Below, piece after piece: positions 50,693-64,000 of a stretch of 64,000 nt of DNA. The notes beneath the pieces were generated by a model that was not told the DNA's origin, ran no database searches, and saw only the letters and a program-made list of their open reading frames with translations. Each line of letters opens with the position of its first letter. Positions within the stretch are counted from its first letter, which is position 1. Both the position numbers and the translations under genes were made by a program. The DNA is from Octopus sinensis (Eukaryota), in contig NC_042999.1 of the NCBI RefSeq assembly GCF_006345805.1, forward strand, positions 107,198,001 to 107,262,000, read 5' to 3'.

Positions 50693-51150
50693 ATCACCAT
50701 CATTGTTTAACATCCTCTTTCCATGCTAGCATTGGTTGAATGGTTTGACATGGAATTGGCTAGCAGGGAGCTGTCTAGACCCCAACTGTCTGTTGTGACA
50801 TAGTTTCTACAGCTGGATGCCCTTCTTAGCACCAATCACTTAACAGAGTGTGCTGGGTTTTTTTTATATGCCACCGGCCTAGGTACATTTATGCAGCACC
50901 GGCACTGGTTCTTTTTAAGTGGCACTGGCACCTGTAAAGGACAAGCCTGTATATGTAGAAGACAGTGATTTTACTTGGTTTGATGTATCTTATCAAGAAC
51001 AGCAAATCACCACATCTCCCCATTCCTTGTTACTTCCTCGGTGAGGCCCAGTATCTAAAGATCCTTTCTCACCACTTTGTCTCACATCTTCCTGAGTATA
51101 TCCCTTCCACAGATACCCTCCACGATTAGCAACACCTAACTTGTATCACC
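50693..51150 (-). mobile_element. Decayed RTE family 3' end
   Basis: gtttaacatcctctttccatgctagc and ctacagctggatgcccttc match the family tail. Confidence 0.7.
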
Positions 51151-53809
51151 TCTTGTGCCAGAAGTTTGATTTTGATCATCAACCATGATTTGCAAAGATT
51201 GCATCAAAGTTTTCATGACCTGATTACACATGCACCATTCTGACTATGCGCTGAATTTCAGATTTGCCAGTGGCTGGTATGCTGTCATACAGCTTTTCCC
51301 CAGAAGAAAATGGAGCAGGAGAAAGAATGAACAAAACAACAGAATTATATTGTAAATGTTGCTTCAATACGTTATTGGTCAGCAGCACACATTTCAACTA
51401 AATTAAGAGAATAATTAAGAGATGAATTAAGAGAATTCTCTGCTGATCACCACTTTTATAACTAGCTATAACTGGAGCATTGTTATGGCACCGAGATCGA
51501 TAATCTCTTAACAGCATTTCGTCTTTTACTACTTGTTCCAAAATGGCTTCCACTGCATTTCAAAACCCATTTGTTTTAATGTTGGTCAATTGCAAATAAT
51601 TCCAACAATTTATTATAGCTTAATGTTATAGTGTCTTACATTTTCTTCTGACTTTGATTACTCAAGTAAAAATGAATTTTTAATTCTTTGGGCCTATTAA
51701 ATTGGAGAGTTAAAAATATAAGAATATTTTATTGAAATACTCTTTTCAAAACTAGTGTTGAACAAAGTCATCAATACTATGATATCAAAGGCCAGTTTAA
51801 AAATTCTAGTATTTTAATACAATATTTACATAGAGATATAGATATATGCATATACACATGTATAATAATTGTGCGATATGATATATATGCACACACACAC
51901 ACACATATATATATTTATACATACATACATATATATACATATACATACATATACATATATATATATATATTTATAGTTTGGTATGAGATGAAAATTTCAG
52001 ATATTTGTCTTAAATATTCAGACAAGCAAATTCATAATTCAGATGTATGACATGAGATATTATTCCATTCAAATAACCACATATTTATATTAAGACATAC
52101 ATGATAAGACTATAGAAATATAAGAATATAAACATAAAAAATTTAAAAAAACATAAAAAAATATAGAAGGTGTAGCATGAAAGTATAATATATAGTTAGA
52201 ACAGATTAAAGGAGGCGAGTGAAAGGATCAGTCCAAACCTACAGCTGCTTCAGTTAAGTTTTAAGGGGCTGTAGGAAATAATCCAAATTCAACTCCCTGT
52301 TTTATGTTTTTTTAATTTTTATGGTGCTCCAGCATGGCCACAGTCTAATAATAGAAACAAGTAAAAGATAAATATGCATATGTGTGTGTGTTTGTGTGTG
52401 TGCGACCATATAAAATATAGAGCATATCTTAACAAAATATACAACTTATCAGAAAATGCAACTCTACAAAACTTGCCACTTAATGCATGTGCTTTCTCCA
52501 CCCCAACCTTGCACCTTTGCATACAACATCATCACGCAAATTTGTTTTCCATTTGAAACGATAATTGAATCTCAAAACACTGTGATGTAATCACATCTTC
52601 TCTTCGTAAACAACCAAAACACACCCTAAAATATCTCATCTGACAAACAAGCTGGCCACAGCACTGCAGTAAAATGAAATAAAATTGTATGTCTGCTTTA
52701 CCAAAGTGATACTAGCTAAAGTTGGCAAAGTGAAATTGGTATTCTCTACTAAAAGACTGTCCACTATTAGAACAAAAGCATTATATAATGGAAGTATTAT
52801 CTTGTATCTGTTTGTTTTATTATAACATGTAAATAAGATAAAATTCTAAGGTAATCCAGTTATTACCATTTATCAGGCATTCTATATCTGAGACAACATT
52901 ATCCAAAAATCTTTTGTTTTCAAGAGAAGAGGATGTAATTTAAAAGAAATTTCGCTGCTACTGTTAGTAAGTCAAGTAAGAATGTAGTTGCTCCTTTGGT
53001 TATTTGTGGAGATGTTGCTATTCTTTACGTGCAGTGTATTAGTATTGCTATTTCCCTCCTATAGAAGTAAGCTCTATAATTGTAGTTGTCCTCCTACTAT
53101 GATTCTTGCTGCCATTTGTGAAAAGATTGCTATCTGCCTCATCCCAAAATGAGAGATTGCTATGTTGCTATTTTCCTCCAACATACAAATCAATTCTTAA
53201 AAAAAATAAAATCGTTTCTTTTAGTTACTGCCAATGTTACATGTCTACAAATACCGCAAAAAGTGATTCACATTTAACAGAAATCAATATTTCCCCTCTT
53301 TTTCCATTAAAAAAATAAGGACCCTACCCACAAAATGTTAGAACTCTCCTTTACTAACATTACATAATTTTATCTTGTTTTATGAACTGTGTGAATTGTG
53401 ATTTTTTCTTTTTCATTTTTTATTCCACAGATACTCCTCCATACATCTTCATAGATTCCTTTTGTCATGGTTTCAAGTGTTTGTTTTTTGTTTAAATTTG
53501 TTTATCGTTTTATCTATGCTCATTGTTTCTAAACTCTTTGTTTATCAATAATAAAAATGACAATCTTCAATATTGGCCACTAATTTTTGACAGACTTATG
53601 TTAAACCAGCCCCAGTTATCAGCATTACTTTACAACGGAAATCCCATTGATTGTATTTCATCTTTAAAACTTGTTCATTTTCATTCTAAATGAAAAGATC
53701 CATTAAGTTATTATTAATAAACATATTGTTTTACCAAACAGACATACTAGATTTCAATGATCCAATGAGGGTGTCTTTTACATTGTCATTTCGCCTATGA
53801 GAAAGAAGG

Positions 53810-53928
53810 TGGTGGTGCTGCTGATGATGGTGATGGTGATGGTGATGATGATGATGGTGGTGGTGGTGGTGGTGGTGGCGGCGGCGGCAGCGGCGGTGGT
53901 GGTGGTGGTGGTGGTGCTGATGATGATG
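53810..53928. repeat. Compound trinucleotide repeat (GGT/GAT/GGC/GCT)
   Basis: Read directly. Confidence 0.9.
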
Positions 53929-55094
53929 AATAAACAGAAGCAATCCTCTTAAATACAAGATAGATTGACTGTAGAAAATGAAAACGGTGAAGACAGTGCC
54001 AGTTATTGCTGGGACTCCAGAGACACTATCAGAAGATATTGAGAGGAATATAAAGGAAATGGGAACTGTAACAAAAGGTTTGCCTCCTTTGTGTGGTCAG
54101 AATCATCAAGAAAGTACTAGATAGCTGAAGAGCACAGATAGCATGGTACCATAGGCTGAAGGTAGCAAGCCTGCTACTCATGCAAGACTCGAGGAGTTCC
54201 AACAAAACTTTATTTAAAAGAATAATAATAAAAATAATAATAATGTGCTTATTATGATGCTCAGGTGCACTACAACTTTTGGAAAAGAGTAAAAAAGGGA
54301 CAGAAAAGCAACAATATGTTGAGTAAAGAAAGACACATATAAAAACCAAAAGTACATGCACAGCATACAGGATAACACTAAAAGACAGAAAAGGGAACAG
54401 TAAAAGGGTCATAAAGAGGAAAGTGCTAGCAAAGTTTGGAAAGAATGGAATAATTGAAGGATGCAGTGTCCTGACAGCTAAGAACTACCACAAAATTTTT
54501 ATTCCATACTTTGATAATTTTGAACATGAAAGAATATATCTTAAAGTCATAGGTGCTGTGCTGTTTATCTTATAAAAAGGAAGGACACATTGGATAATGT
54601 AGTACATGGTATTCAAAATGATAGGAGAGTCTTGCTCTGAAAACCTTTAATAATAGGACAATTTGATGAAGGATAACTTGGGGCTAAACATCAATGACTT
54701 CTAGAAGAGTTCAAAGTAAAAATATGGGATAATGTATACAAAAATCTTAAGAAATCACATATTTGTTTAGAAAAGTTTTAAAAGAAGAGGCAGCAGCCAT
54801 GACCTATTCATATTTTCTAAACTACAAAATAAGGTTGATGGAATAAATGTTTGGTTTGAATTATTGCAATAAAAAAATGCAATAGAATCAGTTGGGAAAA
54901 AATTATTCTTATACAAAAAAAAAGGTAGAAATATGATCTTTTTTTAAGACTGAACAATCAGTAGAATTTTGAACCTTGTGGGGTTTTTCTTTTATCTTCA
55001 TTTACTTTCAATATTCAAATTTCATTGCAAGGTCCACTTTGCCTTTTATCCTTGCAATGTCAAGATATAAGCATTGGTTGAATAAATAAATACT

Positions 55095-55290
55095 GATTTC
55101 AAATTTTCACACAAAGCCAGCAATTTTGGAGGAAGGGATAAATTGATTACATCAACCTCAGTGTTCCTCTGGTATTTATTTTATCAGCCCTGAAAGGACG
55201 AAAGGCAAAATTGACCTTAGTAGAATTTGAACTCAGAACATAAACGGATGAAATGCCAGTAAGCATTTTGCCAGCACACTGCCTTGAATA
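55095..55290 (-). mobile_element. Nin/Deu-like SINE, degenerate
   Basis: gaaaggacgaaaggcaaaattgacc..gaatttgaactcagaac. Confidence 0.7.
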
Positions 55291-55974
55291 AATAAATAAT
55301 GACTTGATGTAATTGACCATAGATATCTAGGTGGTACTCTATCATAGCCAGAGTTCAATGTCAGAAACCAGTAAACTAATTAAAAAACATCTCTCATTGA
55401 GACTTTCTATCTCAAGATACAGAAGTATGTCTCTACCCAGTCTCAAAATAGAAAGAAGAATAAAAAAGCCAGTTCTCTCTTTCTTAACAATTTTAGCAAC
55501 CATCTGCAGTATTTCCAAGATAAGAGATACCTTATTAATTTGCGCCATCATTATGTATCTCTTTTTCTCCTTAGCAACCACAACACATGTTTAAACAGTC
55601 CACATTAATAAAGATGCCTTTCTTTGTCAAACATTAATAGTGATGTCTTTCTTTAAGTATCTGTCATACTGGATTTTAAATAAGTCAAACAAGGAAATTA
55701 TTGACAATTGTATCAACTTTGCAAACTCAAATCATTTGAATTAGAAATCGCTTTATAAGTTACTCCTTTACATCTATGTTTATCTGGAGCCTTTTAATCA
55801 ATTAACAAACACCTTCCCAACATATACTTTCTTCTTTATATCAATGAAATCTGAGATATATAAGCTGTATACAGTTTTGAATTAATGAGCTCACCTTTCA
55901 TATAAACAATACATTTATGTCTGTGGTTATTGTTTATATACAAATCAGTTCTCAACAGAATAATAATCCTTTCT

Positions 55975-56180
55975 GCTATAGGCATAAGGCTTGAAATTTT
56001 TGGGGTGGGGGTAAGTCAATTACATCAACCCCAGTACTCAACTGGTATTTAATTTATCTACCCTGAAAGGATGTAATGCAAAGTCGACTTTGGCAGAATT
56101 TGAACTCAGAATGTAGTGGCAGACGAAATACCGCTAAGCATTTTGCCCAGTATGTTAACATTTCTGCCAGATTGCCACCT
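55975..56180 (-). mobile_element. Nin/Deu-like SINE
   Basis: Reverse complement of 34987-35150, including gacgaaataccgctaagcatttt. Confidence 0.8.
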
Positions 56181-57589
56181 ATTTCAACAACAACAGAATA
56201 ATAATGCTTCAATATGGTCTTAACTATAATGGACACAAGAAACAAAAGAACTAAGTAATAACAAAATTTTAGGTAAAAACAAGCTAAATGTCTATGTGAA
56301 GTGTGTACTCTGCTAAAGGCACCCAAGGAGCAAGGTGGTGTTGTTAATATGTATGTGACAGATTAAGTCTACCACCAAGTAGGACATAGTGAGATTTGAA
56401 CTTAGAATGAAAAAACAAAACTTGAGCAAATATGGCAAAGTATCCACTATCTTGAAATGGTACTTTTTTATATTGCCTTCAAAAGTATGAAATTAATGCT
56501 GATACTTCATTAGAATTTGAACTCAGGGTGTAGAGAGCCAGGACATATATCATGTGGCATTTCTACCCATCCCACCTGCAATATTGCTAATTTATTACCT
56601 GGAAGTTATTACTGCCTTGTTAGCAGTTACCCCATTATTAAAATTGTATCCTACAACTTGAAGAATTACTGTACAGTAACCTTGCACCAAAGAAAGAAAA
56701 TGTATATTTGATAGAAAAACCTTCTTCAGCAAATACCATATAGTATTTAAATGGAGGACCAAATGCTTGAAGTCCCTAATCATAAACCAATATGACACTA
56801 AATAAGTTGGTAGAACCACAGCTGGAATGTTAATTGAATGCTGAAGTTTGATATAACTGCATGACTGATATTCAAGTCTTTTGAGTGGCACTTCAATTTT
56901 TGATCACAGATCTCATACTTCTCATCTAGAAACCCTCTCAAATATACTTAAGGATTCAAACAACAATTATATGCAGTTGTTTCTGCCTGAGAAGCTTGTG
57001 AAGACCTACTGCAAGCAATTCTCTTGCATGGTTCTGTGTTTAAATATTTAAAAAATCTGTAACAAAAAACTGCTATTCCTAATGTGAGCAGACCTCTAGA
57101 CCGTTTCTCAATCTAACCAGTTTTATATCCTACTATGTACATGCAACCATATCAAATGATGAAGATTTTTTCAATAGGTATGAAGTCATACAACATAGGA
57201 TATGTAAAAACAAAGCTATGTATTCATAAATGCAAGTTTGTAAAGATATTGCATGCATATATAAATACTAGAACTGCATGTGAATAATGGATGGTTATTG
57301 TGTAATGCTGATATATCACATTTATGTTCTTACATATATATTCTCTTTCTTAGGTTTATTTTGTATCTTAAGGGCATATCCTCACCACCTCTATCTCTAT
57401 CTCCCTCCACCTCTTTCTCTCTCTCCCTCCCCTTCCCTCTCTTTTTCCAGCTGGAAAAACTATGTATCTTCTCTTTAGCAAGACATCTGTTCCTGTCCCT
57501 CAATTATACTCTCTCCTTCCTCAAAACAACCCTCCCCCTCATTTGAAGAGTCTTCTCATGTGAATTACTGTGATTTCACTAGTGTCAGT

Positions 57590-57755
57590 ACCATGCATCC
57601 TGTACTTTGTGCAAAGTGGTTGGCATCAGAAATCATGCCAGAGGAGACGTTGGTTCTCAGAGCAGTCTTCTAGCTTGTCAGTTTCTGTTCAGCTGTCCAA
57701 CCTATGCCACTATGGAAAATGTACATTAAGCAATGACGGAAATGGTGATGATGAT
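57590..57755 (+). mobile_element. Very decayed RTE family 3' end
   Basis: gtggttggcatcag...tccaacctatgcc..atggaaaatgtacattaag..gatgatgat. Confidence 0.5.
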
Positions 57756-60324
57756 ATATATATAATATAATGGGGATGATATATAATGTTGATATATAAT
57801 GTGATTTCGAATGTTTTTGCATTTTCTCTACATGCATAAATACACATATATATACATACATATACACAAACACATGATACTATATAAAAGTGGGCAGTGT
57901 GAAAGACTAGGATGATTGTATGTACAAATATATATGTGTGTGTGTGTGTGTATTCAAATATAGCTAGGTGCGTGTGAATACATGCATATGTATGTGCATA
58001 ATTTCACATGTATATTGTATTGGTATGTATGCATGCATGTGTATTTGTGTGAAAGAGCATGTGTCATGTTCTTAAATTTCAAATCTATGATTAATAACCA
58101 GTTTGGCCTTTCCAATGTATCAGATTTGGAGATCAGTGTCAAAGTTAGATTTCATGATGTACTCAATAGAGATAAAACTTTCAAGAGTTATATAATGCCA
58201 CAATATAAGAGGATGAATTAGTAAATAGTATGTATCAGTTGTCTGAGATTTTCAGAACACCTGAAGCTAAGAATTATCTGTAGAACAGACAGGTCCAAAA
58301 ATAAAATTTAAATGTTCAATGGTAGAATTAAAAGAGTTCTTGAAATAGAGAGAAAAGAAGAGTACATTATAATTATAGATGTATTCTGCAAGGATTGGCA
58401 GACACAGAAAAGCACCAGACTAAGTGTCTCATAGTATTTATATTCCTAAAACCAATAGTGGCCAAAATAATAGAGTCATATATGGTATTTAGTTTCTTCT
58501 ATATGCATTCTGATTTCAAATCCTAACCAGATCAGCTTCCTCACTCTGATGTCAAAAATAAATAAGTAAATTAATAAATACTGGTCATTGACTAAAGGTT
58601 ATTATGGTGATTAAATACAATTTTCTATAAATGTGTAAGCCTTGTACTAATATAAGAACTCAAAATTAGGATTATTCTTAAAAGCGATGAATTAGAATTG
58701 TGCAACATTTAGGATTTTTATTTTCTTTCTTCTGCAGTTTTTTTTTCTCTGTACCATATTTCAGATAAATGATAAAATATTATGTTACCATGCAGTTTTC
58801 TAATTTTCCTGCTTAATAGATTTCCATATCTAAACTATCAAGTGCTGTTTTAAGATTCTTCTCTAGATTTATCAAGAAAATAAACACTGAGATGGCAGTT
58901 AAATATTCTGTTGCCTTAAATATGAACCAAATATGTAGATATAAACTGAAGAATGACATTACAGCTTGCAAAATATTCAGGTGCTTTGAAAATTGTGCAA
59001 TAGTCTTTTATTTTATGTATGTTTTTTATTTTTACTTTAGAGTAGATTTATTAATTCCAAACATTTCTCACATTACACAAGTGATATTTTGTTTACGAGA
59101 AAACTTATTCTAAAATAAGGAATAGGAATATTTGCCTGAAACAGTAGAAGATCATTGGATTTCTCACTTGGTTTTGCTTTGTTCATATTTCTAGATAAGT
59201 TTAAGAGACATAGCTATCCAGCATTTATACGATTCTCAAATCTGTGAAAATCTAGTTGAGAGATATTTTAGGTTTAAATAATCTGATACATTTTATTGGA
59301 AATGTAACTGTTCAATCCATGGCAACTGTAAAACTTTAGCAACAACAGTCATATGTTGAGAGAAAAATAAGGTTTATTGAACAGTTCCATGAGAAATAGT
59401 TTGTCTTGTTTTTGTTGTCTTTTCATTTCACAACTGCAAAAACCATTCTAAAAAGTAAGAACATAAATTTTGCAACAGTAAGTTCAGTTAGTATACATAA
59501 CATAAGAGACCAAAGTAAACCATAAAGAACATTTCTGAACTGTCATTAATATTTATGAACATTCAGAATTTTGCTTAGATGCCCATACATAAATGTGTAT
59601 GGATTTATGCAGATCCAGAGACACTGAGATGTACATTAATATTGAAAAATGCAATTCAGATACACACTCGCACACATATATTTATGCACACTCACACACC
59701 ACACACACACTTGTGTTTGTTTGTGTGTGTATGTAGAAAGAGAGAGAGAAAAATTTTTATATTTATATAAAGCTATCAACATCAAAATCTTGTTAATATG
59801 TTCTGAGAAAGAAAATGAATTCCTCAGCATTGCATTTCAAATGTTCATTTCATTGTTAGTACAATGTATATTGAACTAAGTTGACTTCCTTGCTTGTTAA
59901 TATATTTCTCTATTTTTGTTTCATATATTCACATATTCATTTATTCAGTTATTTAAATATTTTATTGAAAGATCATTCAGTTTAATTATAATTGTAATAC
60001 ATTGTTATAAAACAATAACTAAATAACAGTTTCAACAGCCTTAATAGTTTTGTAACTATCAAATGAAAGTATGTATGACTATATGTGTTTGTGAAGAAGT
60101 GTGCATGTGTGAGTGTGTGGCTAGTGAAAGCATTATTATACAGAGTGCAATAGAGAATCTTAATGATTTTTTTTTTTTTTTAATGAATGCAATGTTGACC
60201 AGTGTAGGATAGTAACTGCTTATTGTCAACAGAGCAATGCATCCCATTCCTAAATATATAAATAACACATAAGTAACTTTACAATTAATTTTGAAAACAC
60301 CATTCAAAAGGCAACAAGATGACA

Positions 60325-60520
60325 AACTCATTAGCCTGTTGGACAAAATGTTCTGTAGCATTTCATTTGTCCATACATTCTGAGTTCAAATTCCACCAAG
60401 GTTGACTATGTCTTTCATTCTTTCAGGAATTGATGAAATAAGCACCATTCAAGCACTGGAGTCATATTATCAATTAATCTCCTCCCCCAAATTTTCAGGC
60501 CTTGTGCCTATGATAGAAAG
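60325..60520 (+). mobile_element. Nin/Deu-like SINE, degenerate
   Basis: ttctgagttcaaattccaccaaggttgactatgtctttcattc. Confidence 0.65.
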
Positions 60521-60534
60521 GATTATAAGTATTA

Positions 60535-60730
60535 TCTTGTATATATACATGTAGCCTAGCCTGGAACTTCTGTATTGCATACTGCATGGTGTCTTGAGGA
60601 ATAGCCTTTATTTTCCCAACAGCAGCTTTCATTTCATCTGACAAGGGAGCTTTACTAATGAACACTTTCCCTTTGAGGTTGTCCAAAAGAAATAATCACA
60701 AACTAAAAGGTTAGGGTAGCCAATCAGGTC
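60535..60730 (-). pseudogene. Tc1/mariner-superfamily transposase C-terminal fragment
   Basis: PNLLVCDYFFW / LKGKVF...EMKAAVGKIKAIPQDTMQYAIQKFQARLHVYI. Confidence 0.5.
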
Positions 60731-61177
60731 ATGCTTACTGCACTGGGAGATGATTGATTAGTAAACATATCTTTAATAACATTTATGAAGCTCTTGTTGT
60801 ACACCACAGCCACACCTTTTCAATTTGGTAAATAGTAATGAGTAATATAAACACATAACAAACAGATGCTTACACTCTTCAAAGGATTTCGGACCTATTA
60901 CAAGAAAATTTGTGACACAGCACAATACTTTTGCATATTCACGTTGAAGGGGATCCTCATGAGGTTATCATGGATTGCTGTGCATCTAATATGAGGGCCA
61001 TAATAATACAAGGCAAGAGAGGGAGATATGCATTTCATCACTCATAAAATAAACCAGATTGCCAGTTCATATTCTGATTATGTTTCCTATAAACATTTCC
61101 AAGCATTCCCAATTTTCAGTCTTTATTAATTATTGACTGCCAAAATTGTAATTATTAAGATATACATATGTATATAA

Positions 61178-61290
<113 letters not shown>

Positions 61291-61604
61291 CACAATTATT
61301 AACTGATAATTCTTATTTATACCATCTGTTTAAATCTATATTTATAAGCAGCGGTGTTTGTCTGGTTGTCCTGAAGCAATTCTGCAGTTTCTCAAAGAAC
61401 TTCTATCAAAATTTACATAAATTTCCAAAATCATCCAAGAATAATGTATGAAGAAAAAAAATGGGGTTTGAAGGTCTCCCTGGAGCCATATTAGAACATT
61501 TTGTTATACACATACACTACACACACACACAGATACATACCTTTGAGCATGGCAAAATGTCACCATGACAACAACAGTTAATAGATGTCATTATTGCACA
61601 TAAA

Positions 61605-61815
61605 CAGAAGAGGCAAGCTGGCAGAATCTTTAGTACATTGGACAAAATGTGTAGCCACAAATCTTCTGGCTCTTTGCTTTCAGTTCAAATACTACCAATG
61701 TCACCTTTTGTTTTCGACCATTCAGAGTTGATATAATAAAGTACCAGTCAAATACAGAAATCAATGTAACCCTTATCCCTAAAATAGCTAGCCCTGTGCT
61801 AAAATTTGAAATAAT
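61605..61815 (+). mobile_element. Nin/Deu-like SINE, degenerate
   Basis: gaggcaagctggcagaatc..ggacaaaatg..cagttcaaat..taaagtaccagtca. Confidence 0.6.
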
Positions 61816-62637
61816 TATGATACATAGACAGTCTTTCAGTTTCTACATTTTCATTGAATGTTTCATTCAGTTTCTACATTTTCATTGAATGTTTCATTAT
61901 TATAATATAAAATTTAAATGATATAAATTAATAGAAAAAATATAAACTTGTTTCTTCACATATATATGTATGTATCTATCTATATTCTCTTCTACTTTTA
62001 ATTATTTGAATTCTTCCTCTAAGATGGAAGTTGGTTTCTAATAAAGATACAAATCTCTCTCAATGGAATGTTGATGACAAAAATAATATCACATTTTAAA
62101 CTTGAAAACGTTTATGCATATTTTTACTGTTCCACTTACAGATTCTATTTGTAATGTGCAAGTTAGTTGGTTAACTTTTTGAAAACCCTAGCTTATCCAA
62201 ATTGTCACCTTGGCATTTACTCACAAAATCAAGTGCACTGATTGTTATTAGTATAAATGTGAATATATAATCCAGATATAGAAGCTGGAGGTTTCAATGC
62301 AGTTGTCCATAGTTAACTGCTTTCTCTTTGAGTTTGAAAGAGATATTTACATCAGCAGGCTAGCTGACCTCAATGTCAGTACATACGTTCTTGGTTTGTC
62401 ACAAACAACAATATTCAGCCTGTTATGTTTACACTTGATGTTTTGATTGGATGTTCCACCTGTATTCCTAGTGTTGATGTTTGTGTATGTATTCAATAAC
62501 AGGGGAGTTCTTTATATATTTCTCCTACATCTGTCTTGCTGTGAAGGTCATATCCATAGTAACACAACCAGAAGGGAAGTCACGTTGTGATTCATACAGG
62601 ACAACTTTTATTCAGGCAGGAAAGAATACTTAATACA

Positions 62638-62842
62638 GTTCTATATTTAAGAGATGAGGAATTATGTACATTATTTACATTATTTACATTCGACAGATAT
62701 TTGTCCTCATCTTGTTTGTTGTTAACACAACGTTTCAGCTGATATACCCTCCAGCCTTCTTCAGGTGTCTTGGGGAAATTTCAAACCTGGAATCTCATTC
62801 CTAAGGTATTCTTCGATGTTATTATTATTATTTTTATGATTA

Positions 62843-62874
<32 letters not shown>

Positions 62875-62937
62875 GTTCAGGTCACTGCTTGGAATCGAAC
62901 TCAGAATCTTGGGGTTAGTAGCCCACACTCTTAACAA
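62638..62937 (-). mobile_element. tRNA-headed short element (family 4) with hammerhead-like tail
   Basis: Head gttaagagtgtgggctactaacccc..gagttcgattcc, (AAT)n, then a body matching 29815-29975. Confidence 0.78.
62724..62769 (-). ncRNA. Minimal type I hammerhead ribozyme motif
   Basis: gacac-CTGAAGA-a-ggctg(gagggtatat)cagct-GAA-ACGT-T-gtgtt. Core intact, 5-bp helices I and II, palindromic helix III. Confidence 0.65.
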
Positions 62938-62974
62938 CTGTAAATAATGTAATTAAAGAAGAATATTTGCCAGA

Positions 62975-64000
62975 AACTTGTCATAGCTGAGGGTACAGCA
63001 ATACTTCTATGATCGCCACACTTTATTCTGACACCCTTTCTTTTATAAAGAGGAAGGATAATTGTATCCTTCCAGTCACTGGAGACAGCAACATCCCCCC
63101 AGTCTATGCCTGTGAAGTTTCTGTTCAATATGGTTACCACCAAAGTGCAAGACCTCAGTGCAAATTCCACCTTTACCAGGTACTTTAGCAAGATCCACCT
63201 TACTTATTACTGTTACTACCTCGTCTATTGAGGGTGAGGAGTCCAAGGTGCTGACGATAGGTCTTTGCTGAATAGTTGCAATTACAGCACCATCTGCAAC
63301 TGACGCACAGTTTAGAAATTCAGAAAAATGTTCAATCCAGTGACCCGTGATTTCTGATGATTTAGTAAGTAGGGTAGCAACCTCTTTGGAAAGCAAAGGA
63401 ACTAATACAGAACTTTTAAGGCCAGAAGCTAGTGGATAGAACTTCTTGCTGTCATTTGCATCACCAGCTGCTTCAATATCACAAGCAAGACTTTCCCACG
63501 AGGTGTCCTGCATCTTTCTGAGTGATCGATGCAGTAGAGATTTTGTATTCTTATGATGGGTAAGTGCTAGGTTCTGCTGCACAAACGATAGCTTTTTGTG
63601 CAATAATACATTGCAGGCATTGCACTTTGCATATAGGAGTCTCTGAACCACAGTATCCTTTTCATCAAACCAATGCCTATGGTTGGCTGTAGAATAATGA
63701 TTCTGAAATTCTTTCCTCACAGTAGAATCATATATCTTATGGACATCCAAATGCTGAGGAATCCCAGCTAGCCCTCTTCCCTCCTTTACTCTGATTACCA
63801 TCCAGATCCTTGCCCACACCAAGCAGTGGTCTGTCCAGCACTCTGATCCATGAAAGACTTGACATTACAAATGTCAGAGATATCATGCTTGCAGATGATA
63901 ACATAATCCAGAAAGTGCCAAACCTTAGACCTTGGGTGCATTCATGTTGTTGTGAGATCATCTCTGTGTGTAAATTAAGTGCTTGCAATGTAAAGGCCAT
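62975..64000 (-). mobile_element. RTE-1/BovB-like LINE ORF2 fragment (endonuclease-RT linker to start of RT)
   Basis: HWFDEKD..LRKMQDTSW..DSKKFY..HWIEHFSEFLN..KVPGKGGICTEVLHFGG and DWKDTIILPLYKRKG..CGDHRSI. Confidence 0.88.

Noticed and set aside
53731-53958. Poly-His ORF suggestive of a transcription-factor tract
   Set aside because: Compound trinucleotide repeat with no flanking domain or convincing splice context.
55331-55594. Overlapping 79-87 aa ORFs on both strands
   Set aside because: No recognisable motif or splice support, and this length is expected by chance.

Overview
AT-rich, microsatellite-dense animal genomic DNA. The repeat families resemble those I know from octopod cephalopods; this is inference from recall, not a search. 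I found no host gene, rRNA, true tRNA gene or CRISPR array that I can support, so the window looks intronic or intergenic. It is dominated by decayed transposons: RTE-type LINE pieces (one family with a PHD-like finger after the RT core), CR1, L1/Tx1-like and R4-like LINE fragments, Tc1 (DD34E), mariner (DD34D), maT-like and Tigger/pogo remnants, a Helitron helicase remnant, a Ty3/Gypsy integrase with a short 3' LTR, MITEs and several tRNA-headed SINE families. The most unusual signal lies at 28-32.5 kb, 42.3 kb and 62.7 kb. There, short elements sitting in (TA)n tracts form long, near-perfect inverted repeats and repeatedly carry minimal type I hammerhead-ribozyme-like cores (CUGANGA...GAAA plus a palindromic helix III). 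The two best examples are a 352-bp circularly permuted, retrozyme-like unit with an inverted partial copy, and a tRNA-headed SINE-like element with a hammerhead near its 3' end. All alignments were done by eye and no ribozyme activity is shown.
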